Shown here: positions 24,401-36,943 of the stretch, piece after piece
Layout of the letters: the number at the start of each line of letters is the position of its first letter
Position numbering within the stretch: position 1 is the first letter of the stretch
The notes under the pieces: generated by a model
Database searches by the model: none
What the model saw: only the letters and a program-made list of their open reading frames with translations
Told to the model about the DNA's origin: nothing
Origin: Macrostomum lignano
Taxonomy: Eukaryota
Assembly (NCBI GenBank): GCA_002269645.1
Contig: NIVC01000616.1
Location: 310,001-374,000, forward strand
DNA: 64,000 nt
Reading direction: 5' to 3'
Position numbers and translations under genes: made by a program

Positions 24401-27400
24401 TTTAATGCTATCCAGTGCTTTAAATCATTTTCTTGCGCCTGGGCTTGGATAGGTTTGCCTTGCTTTCCATTGCCGCTCTGGGTAGCTCCCTTCTCACTGC
24501 ATGTTAATCCTTGCAGCATCTGTCGCTGGCTCTGATATATATCTCCTCACCCCACTCAGCTGCTGCCGGCCATTCCTCTGCGTAATCCAATATTTATCTG
24601 CCAACATTCTTACCAGGCACATATGCACAAGTCAGGGTTTGTTTTACTGAGCTACTAAGAGTTTGTGCTGTCGTAGCAGACTGCCGGTCGCCGAAAATGA
24701 AATGATTTATACAAAAAATCTGCTGGATCAAAATCGGAATACAGTAGGATTATGGCATTAACTGGGCGGGTTTTATTGCCAGTGTCCAGTTGGTCGTTTG
24801 CGTTGACTCCCGGCTAACTCAGAGCTTTACTTGAGTCGCATTACTTGCTTTGGTCCCCGAGTTTCAATGTTGTTTTTTTCTCGTCAAATGGAAGCACTTA
24901 ACTTTGAGCTCTGAATCGTATGTGCAGTGCAGTGCCGTCTCGGGCTCATTAGCCCTGTTTCAACGCTCAAGAAAGAGTTCTTCCGCCCAGTTTTTCCACT
25001 TCATATTTCATCCATCTTACTCATCTGCTTTTAGCGTCTCATGCATGCGTGCCGTGAGTTATGAAATTCAGTGTGGCTGCTGGCCTTCCAACCAGCGCAC
25101 TCTCCGGTCTCCGTCCGTTCGCTGCCTCAGCTGCTGCAGCTTGTGTGTCGCCACGGTCATTAGCCTGTGTGGCTCGTCTCAAACCTCAGTTAATCAATTG
25201 AATTTCGGGCATCGCAGACTCCGCTCGTAAGGGGCCTACTATATAGAGCCAGCTTGGACATGGGCTCGCGTTGCTCTTGGCAAACAGGCTTGCAGTGTTA
25301 TAAGGCTCGTGTCCTTGACTAGACTCCCCAGCGGCCGAGAACATCATTATAAAATGTGTTTTCTTTTCTCTTTGAAGAGCCTTTTTATCCTATATGGGTG
25401 GAAAAGCCGCAAACAGGTTTTGATCTTCCTAAGAGATAAAAAGCTTACACAAGCTTATATATTTTCTTGATCGTGACTGGTTTTGCTTCTGGCCAGGTTT
25501 GGGAAAACTTCTAATTTTAATCTCCATTTTCTTCGAATTGCGATTTGCGAAATAATTATTTCTTCGGAGGCTTAGCAATCAGTGCCATGGATACTCTGAT
25601 CTTCACTTAGAGCTGTGACTCTTGGGCACGCGTACGCAGTCAGTCAGTCAGTCAGTTTTTTTCAGCCTCGGCATTGATAGAAAATTCGTGTTTTGTCGAG
25701 TCTTGCGTCTCACCTGGGATTCGGTCAGGAGCGAGTCGAAGTTCGGGATCGATGATGGAAATTTGAATTCAATTTGTTTCTTGGCTTGTACGCCGCGTGT
25801 TTTCTTAGATACATCTTTGGGCTTGGGATGTTTTTGTAAGTTAAAATCATATTTTTAGTAGCTTTGCGGGAGCTTCAGCTATGGTACATGCCTCGAGATA
25901 ATGATTAGTACAGTCTGGCATGTAAAAACATTCACTGATAAGGATATAAATGGTTGAGATTAGATTGCATGTCAACTGCTGGGGATTAGAAGGATATAAA
26001 ATGGGATTTCATGTCAACTGCTGGGGATAGGAGGATAAAATGGGATTTCATGTCAACTTCTGGGGATAGGAGGATAAAATGGGATTTCATGTCAACTGCT
26101 GGGGATAGGAGGATAAAATGGGATTTCATGTCAACTGCTGAGGATAGGGGGATAAAATGGGATTTCATGTCAACTGTTAAGGAGGATTAAGAAGATAAAG
26201 TGGGATTTCATGTCAACTGCTGGGGATTAAGAGGATAAAATGTGGATTTTTGTTAACTTCTGGGATTAGGAGGATAAAATGGGGATTTCATGTCAGCTGC
26301 TGGGGATTCTCCCCATATCCCCATTAGGATAAAATGGGGATTTCATGTCAGTTGCTGGGGGTTCCGAGGATAAAACGGGGATTTCATGTCAGCTGCTGGG
26401 GATTTCATGTTACTGTCAACGCCAATCACACAGGGAGAAGTTCGCATTGCGGGCAAAGACTTCGACTCGGCTCAGGCGAAGGCCTACGGGCCTGTGGACT
26501 GCTGGCACCACGTTGACTGCTTTGTGCAGCGCCGGAGCAGCTGGAACTTCACTGATAGCTGCAATATTGAGCTGTGAGACGGGGTTTCTGCATTATATTA
26601 TTATTATTGTATTGCTTTTGCTGCTCTCTCCAATTTACTGACCGTAGGCACTCTTAAGGGGTGAAGTCACACTGTAAATGACTAGCTGTAAATTATGCGT
26701 GAAGTTTATTCTGGCATTGACTTAGACGCTTTCAAAGTGAAATCACTCTGGCACTGTGTTCACACTGAGTGAAATCACTCTGACTGGCACTGTGTTCACA
26801 CTGAGTGAAATCACTGACTGGCACTGTGTTCACACTGAGTGAAATCACTCTGACTGGCACTGTGTTCACACTGAGTGAAATCACTCCGACTGGCACTGTG
26901 TTCACACTGAGTGAAATCACTCTGACTGGCACTGTGTTCACACTGAGTGAAATCACTCTGACTGCACTGTGTTCACACCGAGTGAAGTCACACTGGCTGG
27001 CACTCTGATCACACTGAGTGAAATCACTCTGACTGGCACTGTGTTCACACTAAGTGAAATCACTCTGACTGGCACTTTGTTCACACCGAGTGAAGTCACA
27101 CTGGCTGGCACTGTGTTCACACTGAGTGAAATCACTCTGACTGCACTGTGTTCACACCGAGTGAAGTCACACTGGCTGGCACTCTGATCACACTGAGTGA
27201 AATCACTCTGACTGGCACTGTGTTCACACTAAGTGAAATCACTCTGACTGGCACTTTGTTCACACCGAGTGAAGTCACACTGACTGGCACTGTGTTCACC
27301 CCGTGTGAAATCAGCTTGAATAAGTAAAGTCAATTTCCAATGTCCTGATGCGTGCGCGATCTCAATGTACACAAACAATAATTCCATAATGCCAAGGCAT

Positions 27401-30400
27401 ATCGATCTCATTGATCCCTCTGCTCAACATTCTCGCCATCCCCTATCGCGCAGCATCTCCGGGTTCGCCGGGCTCAAAGCCGAGGACAAGACCGAGCTGA
27501 AGACCAAGCTGCCTTACGAAGAACCAGCCGCCAAGGGGTGAGTGTGTGTTTGTGTGTGTGTTTCGGGGGTGTGATGGGGGAAGGGAGGGGGATACAGAGC
27601 TCGCTCATTTCCCAGAAAATCCCCCTCGGGAATCCCAGCTCGAGAGGCCGCGGCGATGATAGTTAACTCCCCCCATTTTTTAACGAGTTGTCTGTCAGTT
27701 TCAATGGCGCACAGGCGACAGCGGAGGGGCGGCAATTTCTTGTCTCTGAGGAAGAAAGCAGAAGTGCGTGATGCAGGTTTTTTGGCTTTGAAGCAAGGCG
27801 AAAGAAAGTTTGAAAATTCAAAGACTCATCTGTGTGCCTCTGCGAGGCTCTGGCTTTAATAAGGCTTTAATTAGCCCACCTGAATTTACATAAGACAGCT
27901 CGGTGAGTAGGACTCGTCTCGTCCAATACACAGGCAGGCTGTAAACATCATTATTGCCTTCCGAACCTGTCACACTTGAATGCAGTCTTCGCAACTTCTG
28001 TAGACAGACATAGTGACAGACAGTATTGCTGACAGACAGTATTGCTGACAGACAGTATTGCTGACAGACAGTATTGCTGACAGACAGTATTGCTGACAGA
28101 CAGTATTGCTGACAGACAGTATTGCTGACAGACAGTATTGGTGACAGGCAGTATTGCTGACAGTCTGATTGGTAAAAAACACGGAGTGACAGACTAGAGT
28201 GACAGCCTGATTGATTAACAAACACGGAGTGACAGACAGGGGAGACAGTCTGATTGATTAACAAACACGGAGTGACAGACAGGGGAGACAGCCTGATTGA
28301 TTAACAAACACGGAGTGACAGACAGGGGAGACAGTCTGGTTGATAAACAAACACGGAGTGACAGACAGGGGAGACAGTCTGATTGATTAACAAACACGGA
28401 GTGACAGACAGGGGAGACAGTCTGATTGATTAACAAACACGGAGTGACAGACAGGGGAGACAGTCTGATTGATAAACAAACACTGAGTGACAGACAGTGG
28501 AGGCAAGCAGATTAGGTGGCAGTGACAGTTGAAAATAAAACGTGTGACAGACAGAGTGACGGCCCCATCTCGCTCCCCCCCCCCCCAACAGCAAGAAGCG
28601 GCCAGCGAAGAAGTCGGGAGGCGCTGCAGCCGGCGCCGCGGACGGCAAGGACGAGCCGAAGTCGAAGAAAAGCAAATTGGACCCGGAAGAGGCCAAGCTG
28701 AAGGTTTGCAGCGAGTTATTAAGAATTATTTTAATTGCCTCTTTAAAAATAAAACTCGATTGATTTCAGTTCAGTTTGATTACTTCTGGGGTCCGGGATC
28801 TTTTAATGCCTCACCCCCCCGCCGAGGTTCTGGCTTAGTTTCCCAGGGCTTGATCTTCTCCAACTGTCTGATTTATTACCGCGGATGGATAGGATAAGCG
28901 CATGACATCCGGGATTGCCCTGATTGATGTGCTGTTTTGGCTGCTCTGGCCTCTGCGCGCCCATCTTTACCCTGGATGAGTCTGAATAACACTTGAGATT
29001 CCTACTCCAATATCTATGCACTGCATGCGTTTAGTTCTGACCAATAAAGAATCTTTTAAATCAGATTTGGTGAACGGCGTGACCGCGCCACATGAGGAAC
29101 CTGACGGTGAAGTGAAGTGGCAGATAATACGCGGTGTACTTTCACAAAAATGCATTTCTGACACAGATGCGCTTCAGACCCATAGGCGTTTCAGAATCGC
29201 AAGCAAAACGCCTGCCTCGAATTGACTGTCACGGGGAATGATTGAAGATTTTTATTGCGACTTCACTTCTTTATTACTTTACCTGTGTTACCTGCAACGA
29301 CTTTAGTGCGACACAAGTGCCTCAGGGTTGCTTCTTGGCCTCGGCAATTGGGAAACATTACAGATCCCGAGGATTTGCTCTTAAACATCCCAGATCCTCA
29401 GGATTAGTGAATAAGCATCCCAGATCCTTGGGATTAGTGCTTAAACATCCCAGATCCTCAGGATTAGTGATTAAACATCCCAGATCCTCATGATTAGCGC
29501 TTAAACATCCCAGATCCTCATGATTAGCGCTTAAACACCCCAGATCCTCAGGATTAGCGCTTAAACACCCCAGATCCTCGGGATTAGTGATTAAACATCC
29601 CAGATCCTTGGGATTAGTGCTTAAACATCCCAGATCCTCAGGATTAGCGCTTAAACACCCCAGATCCTCGGGATTAACTCTTAAACATTCTATGACCGCT
29701 TTATGCACCGTTTTCATCTGGAAAGTGTAACAATTTTCAGGCTACTAAAAATGTTTTTATTTCTCTCTGCGTTTTGCACTACTACTTAGCCTGCTGTGAA
29801 GTAGTGTGAATCGAATATTAATTTAAACAAATTTCATTATCCACAGACTCAAAACGAAGAATTTTGGCGCATCCGCGACCAGCTGGAGCGCAATGTGAGC
29901 AAGGCCGCCCTAATTGGCCTGCTTGAGCACAACTCGCAGGGCGTCCCCTCTGGCGAGTCCAACCTGCTGGATCGGGTGGCCGACGCCATGCTGTTCGGGG
30001 CTCTGGCACCCTGCGCGGAGTGCAAGGCTGGCCAGCTGGCCTACAGCTCAGCCGGCTACAAGTGCACCGGCATGCTCAGCAAGTGGGCCAAGTGTCTCAA
30101 CGTGACGCAGACTCCGAAACGGGTGCCGTTTAAAATGCCTGCGGAGTATCACGATGTCGACTTCTTGAAGAATTATAAGTGAGTTCTGTACTCAAATCTC
30201 AGACACATTCCTGATTTCCAGGATCAAGTCTTCATTTCCCAAACCTATTCTCAATCCCTGCATCAGTTCTCGACTCTTCAGATCTCTTTGAGAGCCCTTC
30301 CCGATTCACCAGATCCCTTCCCGATTCACCAGATCCCTTCCCGATTCACCAGATCCCTTCCCGATTCACCAGATCCCTTCCCGATTCACCAGATCCCTAC

Positions 30401-33400
30401 CCGATTCACCAGATCCCTACCCGATTCACCAGATCCCTTCCCGATTCACCAGATCCCTTCCCGATTCACCAGAAGCCTTCCCAATTCACCAGACCCTTCC
30501 TAATTCACCAAATCCCTTTCCAATTCACCAGATCCCTTCCCAATTCACAAGTCCCTTCCCATTTCACCAGATCCCTCCCCTATTCCCTAGATCCCTCCGC
30601 TATTCCCCAGATCCCTCCCCTATTCCCCAGATCCCCAGATTCCCTAATTCCCCAGATCCCCTCTCGACTCACCAGATCCCTTCCCGATTTACTATATCCC
30701 TTCCCAGTTCCCCAGATCCCCTCCCGACTCGCCAGATCCCTTCCCGATTTACTATATCCCTTCCCAGTTCCCCAGATCCCCTCCCGACTCGCCAGATCCC
30801 TTCCCGATTTACTATATCCCTTCCCAGTTCCCCAGATCCCCTCCCGACTCGCCAGATCCCTTCCCGATTTACTATATCCCTTCCCAGTTCCCCAGATGCA
30901 TTCCCAACTCAAAAGTTCCCAATGCGATTGCCCGCCGCAGGTACAAGCCTGCAGTCCGGCTGTTCCCCAAGACCGCCGCCACCGCCCAGACGGCCAGCTC
31001 AGCATTGGTGAGCAGCAGCGGAGCCGGCAGCAGCTCATCCGCCCAGCCTCTGTCCGGCACACTCTTCAAGGTGGTTGGCAAGCACCTGAACCCGGCCAAG
31101 AAAGATCTGGAGTCCTCGCTGAAGTCCCTGGGCGCCGTTCTCACCAGCACGGTGGACGCCAAGCTGACCGCTCTGATCAGCAGCCAGAAAGATCTGGACT
31201 CCGGCGGCAAGGATTTCGACAAGGCCAAGGCTGCCGACGTTCACGTCGTGTCCGAGGCCTTCGTTGCCGCCTGCAGCAAAGGCGGCGTGTCTCTGATGGT
31301 CAAGGCGCACGCCATCAGCTCCTGGGGCGGCGATGTGGAGAAGAGGCTGGACAGAACCGCCAGCAGGGGTGCCTCCGATGCCGACAAGCTGGGTGAGAGT
31401 GAAGACAGGTTCTGGTGAGAGTGAGGACAGGTTCTGGTGAGAGTGAGGACAGGTTCTGGTGAACAGGTTTTGCGTCACGACAGGTAGCTTAATCCCGAGG
31501 ACAGGTAGCTTAATCCCAAGGACAGGTTGCTTAATCCCGAGGACAGGTTGCTTAATCCCGAGGACAGGTTGCTTAATCCCAAGGACAGGTTGCTTAATCC
31601 CGAGGACAGGTAGCTTTATCCCGAGGACAGTTAGCTTAATCCTGATGACAGGTAGCTTAAATCCGAGGACAGGTTGCTTAATCCCGAGGACAGGTAGCTT
31701 AATCCCGAGGACAGGTTGCTTAATCCCGAGGACAGGTTGCTTAATCCCGAGGACAAATTGCTTAATCCCGAGGACAGGTTGCTTAATCCCGAAGACAGGT
31801 AGCTTAATCCCGAGGACAGGTTGCTTAATCCCGAGGACAGGTAGCTACAAAGGCAAAGCTGTCCCCAACCAACCACAGAGCGCAAGTTCAAGGCCCAGAC
31901 GGAGAAGAAGATCAAGGTGCAGGTGAAGGACGGCTCGGCGGTGGACCCGGACAGCGGGGTGGCGGACAGAGCGGCCATTGTCCGGGAGCGGGGCAAGCCG
32001 CTGAACGCGATGCTGAACCTGGTGGACCTGGTGAGGGACAGCAATTCCTACTACAAGCTGCAGTGCCTGGAGTCGGAGTCCGGGGTCAAGCGCTACTGGG
32101 TGTTCCGGGCCTGGGGCCGCATCGGCACCACAGTGGGCGGCAACAAGCTGCAGAGCTTCAGCCGGCGGGACTACGCCATCGAGAACTTCTTGGAGCTGTT
32201 CGAGGAGAAGACTGGCAATAATTTCTTTGCCAACGAGTTCAAGAAGCTGCCGAACCGGTTCTTCCCGGTTGAGCTGGACTATGGCCAGGAGGACGACTCC
32301 AAGCTGAAGCTGAGCGCGCAGAAGTCTCTGAAATGCAAGCTGGCGCCTCAGGTGCAGCAGCTGCTGCAGTTTATCTTCGATATCGACAGCATGAAGCAGA
32401 CCATGCTGGAGTTCGAGATCGACCTAAAAAAGATGCCGCTAGGAAAGATCTCTAAAAGACAAGTGTGTTTTCCTCATTGGAGGGTTCATTGAGTGCGATT
32501 TCCTATTTGTAGTTAGACTTCCATAGGGTGAGATTTCCTCATTGGAGTGAGTTTTCCTATTTTTAGTTAGAGTTCTATAGGGCTAAGATTTCCTGAATAG
32601 AGAGTTCTATAGGATGAGATTTCTTGCAAAGAGTTTTCCATAGGATGAGATTTCCTGAGTAGATTTTTCCATAGGATGAGATTTCCTGAGTAGATTTTTC
32701 CATAGGATGAGATTTCCTGAATAGAGTTTTCCATAGGATGAGATTTCCTGAATAGAGTTTTCCATAGGATGAGATTTCCTGCAAAGAGTTTTTCATAGGA
32801 TGAGATTTCCTGAATAGAGTTTTCCATAGGATGAGATTTCCTGAATATAGTTTTCCATAGGATGAGATTTCCTAAATAGAGTTTTCCATAGGATGAGATT
32901 TCCTGAATAGAGTTTTCCATAGGATGAGATTTCCTAAATAGAGTTTTCCATAGGATGAGATTTCCTGAATATAGTTTTCCATAGGATGAGATTTCCTAAA
33001 TAGAGTTTTCCATAGGATGAGATTTCCTGAATAGAGTTTTCCATAGGATGAGATTTCCTGAATAGAGTTTTCCATAGGATGAGATTTCCTGAATAGAGTT
33101 TTCCATAGAGATTTCCCGACTGAAGAGTTTCGTATAGGTGAGATTTCCTAAGCGGAGAGTCTGGATAGGGTGAGATTTCCCACGCGGAATGTCCCATAGG
33201 GTGAGATTTCTCAAGCGGAGAGTCCAATAGTTTGAGATTTCCCAAGTGAAGAGTGCAATAGAGTGAGATTTCCCAAGCGGAGAGTCTCGATAGGGTGAGA
33301 TTTTCCAAGTGAATAGTCCAATAGAGTGAGATTTCCCAAGCGGAGAGTCTGAATAGGGTGAGATTTCCCAAGCGAAGGGTCCAATAGAGTGAGGAGATTT

Positions 33401-35268
33401 CCCAAGCGAAGAGTCCAATAGGGTGAGATTTCTTTAGTCAAGAGTTCCGTATACCAAGATTTCCTGGGTGGAAAATTCCGTTGGATGCGATTTTTAATGG
33501 AGAGTTCCACAAAGTGAAATTATCCGCTCGGAAAGTTTCGGGGTTCCAAATTCTCGTAGCGGCAAGTTCCATGTAGTGAGATTTCCAATACGCATGAGTC
33601 TCAGGGTGAGATTGCCGAGCCCCGCAGATCCGGGAGGCCTACTCGGTGCTGACGGACCTCAGCAACATCTGCAGCGCCGGCGGCAGCACCGCCCAGTTCC
33701 TGGAGGCGTCCACCCGCTTCTACTCGCTGATTCCGCACGACTTCGGCATGCGCCGGCCGCCCATGCTGGACACGCAGGAGATCATCAAGGCCAAGCTGGA
33801 CATGCTGGACAACCTGCTGGAGATCGAGGTGGCCTACTCCATGATCAAGTCCGCTCACGGCGGCGACGGCGAGGACCCGCTGGAGGCGCACTACAAGCAG
33901 CTGCACTCTGAAATTGAGGTCCTGCCGCCCGACTCTGAGGACTACAAACGGCTGGTCGAGTACGTTGAGAATACTCACGCTCCGACTCATGTGGCCTTCC
34001 GCGTCAAAGTGGTCAACATCTTCAAGGTGCGGCGCGAGGGCGAGGAGGAGCGATTTAAACCGTTTAAGAAGCTGCCGAACAGGAAACTGCTGTGGCACGG
34101 GTCCAGGAGGACTAACTGGGCCGGCATCCTGTCTCAGGTGAGCCGCGTAGCCTGTCTGAGTCTGTTTTTGTCTGTAAATTGCTGTTATAGTGTGTTTTAG
34201 TCTGTAAATAGCTGTCAATGTGTTTTAGTCTGTAAATAGCTGTCATAGTGTAATGTGGTCTGTAAATACCTGTCATAGTGTGATGTAGTCTGTAAATAGC
34301 TGTCATAGTGTGATGTAGTCTGTAAATACCTGTCACAGTGTGATGTAGTCTGTAAATACCTGTCACAGTGTGATGTAGTCTGTAAATAGCTGTCATAGTG
34401 TGTTTTAGTCTAAATAGCTGTCATAGTAGTGATGTAGTCTGTAAATAGCTGTCATAGTGTGATGTAGTCTGTAAATAGCTGTCATAGTGTGATGTGGTCT
34501 GTAAATACCTGTCATAGTGTGATGTAGTCTGTAAATAGCTGTCATTGTGTGATGTGGTCTGTAAATACCTGTCACAGTGTGTTTTCTCTATACATAACTG
34601 TCAACTACAGTTTTATCTGTAACTTATTTTCATGTGTTTTAGTCTGCAAATTATAGCTGATAAGCTGTTTTGTCATTAGCTGTTAAAATTGTTTTGCCTG
34701 ACTTTTCTACTGCTGTAAGTAGTCTGTTTAAAGTAAAACAAAAAAATAAATTACATCTTGTCGGTAGTGACCTGTTTTTTGCTGTCAAACATTCCGCCTT
34801 ATATTCAATAGCCAACTGTAAATGCCTGTCAACGGCCACCCCACCCACCGTCAGGGCCTGCGCATCGCCCCGCCCGAAGCCCCGGCCACCGGCTACATGT
34901 TCGGCAAGGGCGTGTATTTTGCCGACATGGTCACCAAGTCGGCCAACTACTGCGCCACAACCCGGTCGGAGCCGCGCGCCATCATGCTGCTGTCCGAGGT
35001 CTCCCTCGGCAACATGTACGAGCGCACCCGGGCCGAGTTCGTCACAAAGCTGCCGGCAGGCTACCAGTCAACCAAAGGCGTTGGCGCCACCATGCCAGAC
35101 CCCACGCAGACTGTGCTGGACTCCTGGACTGGCGCCGAGATACCGCTGGGCAAGCCGAAGCCCGCTGGACAGGCCGGGCTGTCCCTGCTGTACAATGAGT
35201 ACATCGTGTACGATGTGAGCCAGGTGTGCCAGCGCTACCTGTTCCAGATGGAGTTCCAGTACCGCTGA
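18446..35268 (+). CDS. PARP1: Poly(ADP-ribose) polymerase 1
   Basis: Eleven phase-consistent exons: 18446-18553, 19785-19926, 21712-21848, 26434-26573, 27454-27537, 28592-28703, 29847-30178, 30941-31392, 31879-32462, 33627-34137, 34855-35268. They encode ZnF1 ([13 protein letters not shown]...WFHFAC), ZnF2 ([13 protein letters not shown]...WHHVDC), an NLS, Zn3, BRCT, WGR ([10 protein letters not shown]) and a catalytic domain with H-Y-E (LLWHGS, GVYFAD, YNEYIVY). Confidence 0.97.
19945..21690. repeat. 28-bp minisatellite (CCTCCCAGATCCTCAGTTGCTGGGCCAG) filling PARP1 intron 2
   Basis: About 60 units, the same unit as at 3660 and 8070, with higher-order periodicity. Confidence 0.96.
22384..23184 (-). 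CDS. Uncharacterised 266-aa Ser/Gly/Gln-rich ORF nested antisense in PARP1 intron 3
   Basis: True ATG preceded by an acceptor-like ATATAG|CA. The ORF is GC-rich, non-repetitive and open, in AT-rich surroundings. It has a poly-Q/H stretch and a possible donor (G|GTAAAT) at its end. Confidence 0.55.
   Translation of the reverse strand: MLRSDYKYSREPAVEAATDRRDGGGCSSGINDSGCSARQASPSLLLTPGAAAAGTDNDGEDGSSGGGKRGGSMKHWSPLAALGKRARDGLRRCNTVRAGLGGGASSSSTTPSAADLNLSSRRNAMPNIFLGLPSSGVRRLFAIYGIDDSPGGRAGSSGTHSTLSPTASSTGASTAASSKGEESLFARHSRTSSVRSRRLPNFGGPMQQQQHQHMLMMQQHQQHLLVPPQPVAGPVAHHPIDKRRASSMRDHQGRQHRKASSCHGNW
23240..25250 (-). mobile_element. Possible decayed retroelement ORF1/gag-like remnant
   Basis: A run of short minus-strand ORFs broken by stops, with coiled-coil-like text ([14 protein letters not shown]) and a knuckle-like PRPHQF...CGFGQ. 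No family motif is diagnostic. Confidence 0.25.
25965..26410. repeat. About 39-bp minisatellite (GGATAAAATGGGATTTCATGTCAACTGCTGGGGATAGGA)
   Basis: Tandem units ending just before PARP1 exon 4. Confidence 0.92.
26735..27312. repeat. About 36-bp minisatellite (CACTGAGTGAAATCACTCTGACTGGCACTGTGTTCA)
   Basis: Tandem units in PARP1 intron 4. Confidence 0.93.
28010..28500. repeat. Two adjacent minisatellites (GACAGTATTGCTGACA; about 43-bp GATTAACAAACACGGAGTGACAGACAGGGGAGACAGTCTGATT)
   Basis: Tandem units in PARP1 intron 5. Confidence 0.9.
29360..29690. repeat. 28-bp minisatellite (CCCAGATCCTCAGGATTAGCGCTTAAACA-type)
   Basis: About 11 units in PARP1 intron 6. Confidence 0.92.
30283..30900. repeat. 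Pyrimidine-rich minisatellites (CAGATCCCTTCCCGATTCAC and a longer derived unit)
   Basis: Tandem units in PARP1 intron 7. Confidence 0.9.
31395..31845. repeat. Triplicated donor-containing 22-mer followed by a 21-bp minisatellite (GACAGGTTGCTTAATCCCGAG)
   Basis: PARP1 intron 8. Confidence 0.92.
32500..33600. repeat. 31-bp minisatellite (ATAGGATGAGATTTCCTGAATAGAGTTTTCC) with diverged flanks
   Basis: PARP1 intron 9; homogeneous centre, diverged edges. Confidence 0.92.
34150..34600. repeat. 30-bp minisatellite (GTCTGTAAATAGCTGTCATAGTGTGATGTA)
   Basis: PARP1 intron 10. Confidence 0.92.
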
Positions 35269-36943
35269 GCTGTGTCGTGTGCAGCTGTACTTTAATACAG
35301 CTTATCTTTGTGAACCCTGTTTTCACCATTATATTATTTTGGGGTTTTCCGCACTCCCATTGCCCGCACACTACTGACTAGTAGGGTTTAGGCGTCTTTG
35401 TGTTCAGATTTACTTTTTTCAACATTTTCTACCCATACTACTTGATTAATACGTTCGAAACTCCTTTTAAGTAGCGACTTGAACTTTCATCAAATGCGAC
35501 TATTTTTCTATCATTTTTGTCTCCGTTTTGCTTTTTTGTTGTTTTTTTTATCTCTCTTACTATTGTGCCCTCTGATATATTCGTTAGGCTTTCCAAATAC
35601 ATATAGTGTCTATTTTTGCGCAAGCCTGTTCGGCTTTTCACTTTTTCTCTCTCTAATACTTCGTGAAATCGATTAGCAATATATTTGAGTCTGTTGAAAC
35701 CAGCCCAGCACCCGCGACCCGGCCTGCTGTGTTGCAGTCGGTTTGACGAACTTCATTTTCAATCTGCACAAATTTACAGCAGCAGGATGTTTTTCGTGTT
35801 GTTTAATTTAACTTTTTGGATTTGTAGAATTGCTGGCTTGTCAATCACTCCAATGGTTCAATGGGAACATCAATGACGATTAGATACCCTACGTACAGTA
35901 TTAGCTGTTGAACTATGTTTCGAAGTCTTACATGTAAATGATGTTCAAAACAAAAATACAAGTAGGAGTCAGCATATCCAGTAGCATGTCTTTTGCTACA
36001 GGGGTCTCGCGCACCACAAATTTAGACTTGGCCGTGAAAATAAAAACCAGAAAATCCCCAATAAGCAGAAAGCTTTTGCGCAGTAAAATCTGTCGAAAAT
36101 TATAAAATAAGCGCAGAGTCTGTAAGTTTATTTAACTTGAACCAAATACTACTTAGCTCAGTAGTTTATTATAGGAGGATTAAAATTTAAAGAACGGATC
36201 ATTTGTATGTATAAACAGGTTGCACAGTTGAATGTACAATCGAGTGACAGAAGCGGAATAAGCAGACAGGCAGATTGGTAACAGAAACTTATTTAAAGGA
36301 GATTAAAAACCTTTGAGGGGGCGATCTCGTTATCTCGAATACAACAGCCAAATTAGCACTGTGTTATGCGTTATTAAATCAATAATTAAGTATAAGTATA
36401 AAACATTAATAACCTTTATAGGCTCTATAATTTTTTACGATTTCAGAATATTCATTTATAAATATAGTTAGCATTGCTTTGAATTTTTTTTCACTTTGGA
36501 CTGCAAAAATATACCCAAAAATAAAAACTGAAAATAAACCTATTTACGCTACTCAAAGAGTAGTAAAATAAGGTTAGAATTCCCGGCTTTGCCCAAAAAT
36601 AATAAGTACAACTTTTATCAGAAACGCAGACCACCCAAAGTATGTACTATTTCCAAGTCAATTCTAAAAAATCATACCGACTTTCGAACTTTCCATGAAA
36701 TCAGACCAGATCTATTTTCTAGGAAACCAGACGATGCATTTTCCAGGAAATCATAGCCGACAAACTTTCTGGGAAAACCTAGGCAACGTATTTTGCTGTT
36801 TTCCAGGAAATAAAATCCAGTAATGAATACAATTTCCAAGAAATAGACAGAAATTATCAATACATAATTGAGATAAAGTGATGGTATGAAACACGGGAAA
36901 ATCAACCTCGAAGCGATTGATCTGTCCTTCAACCCGGAGTCGC

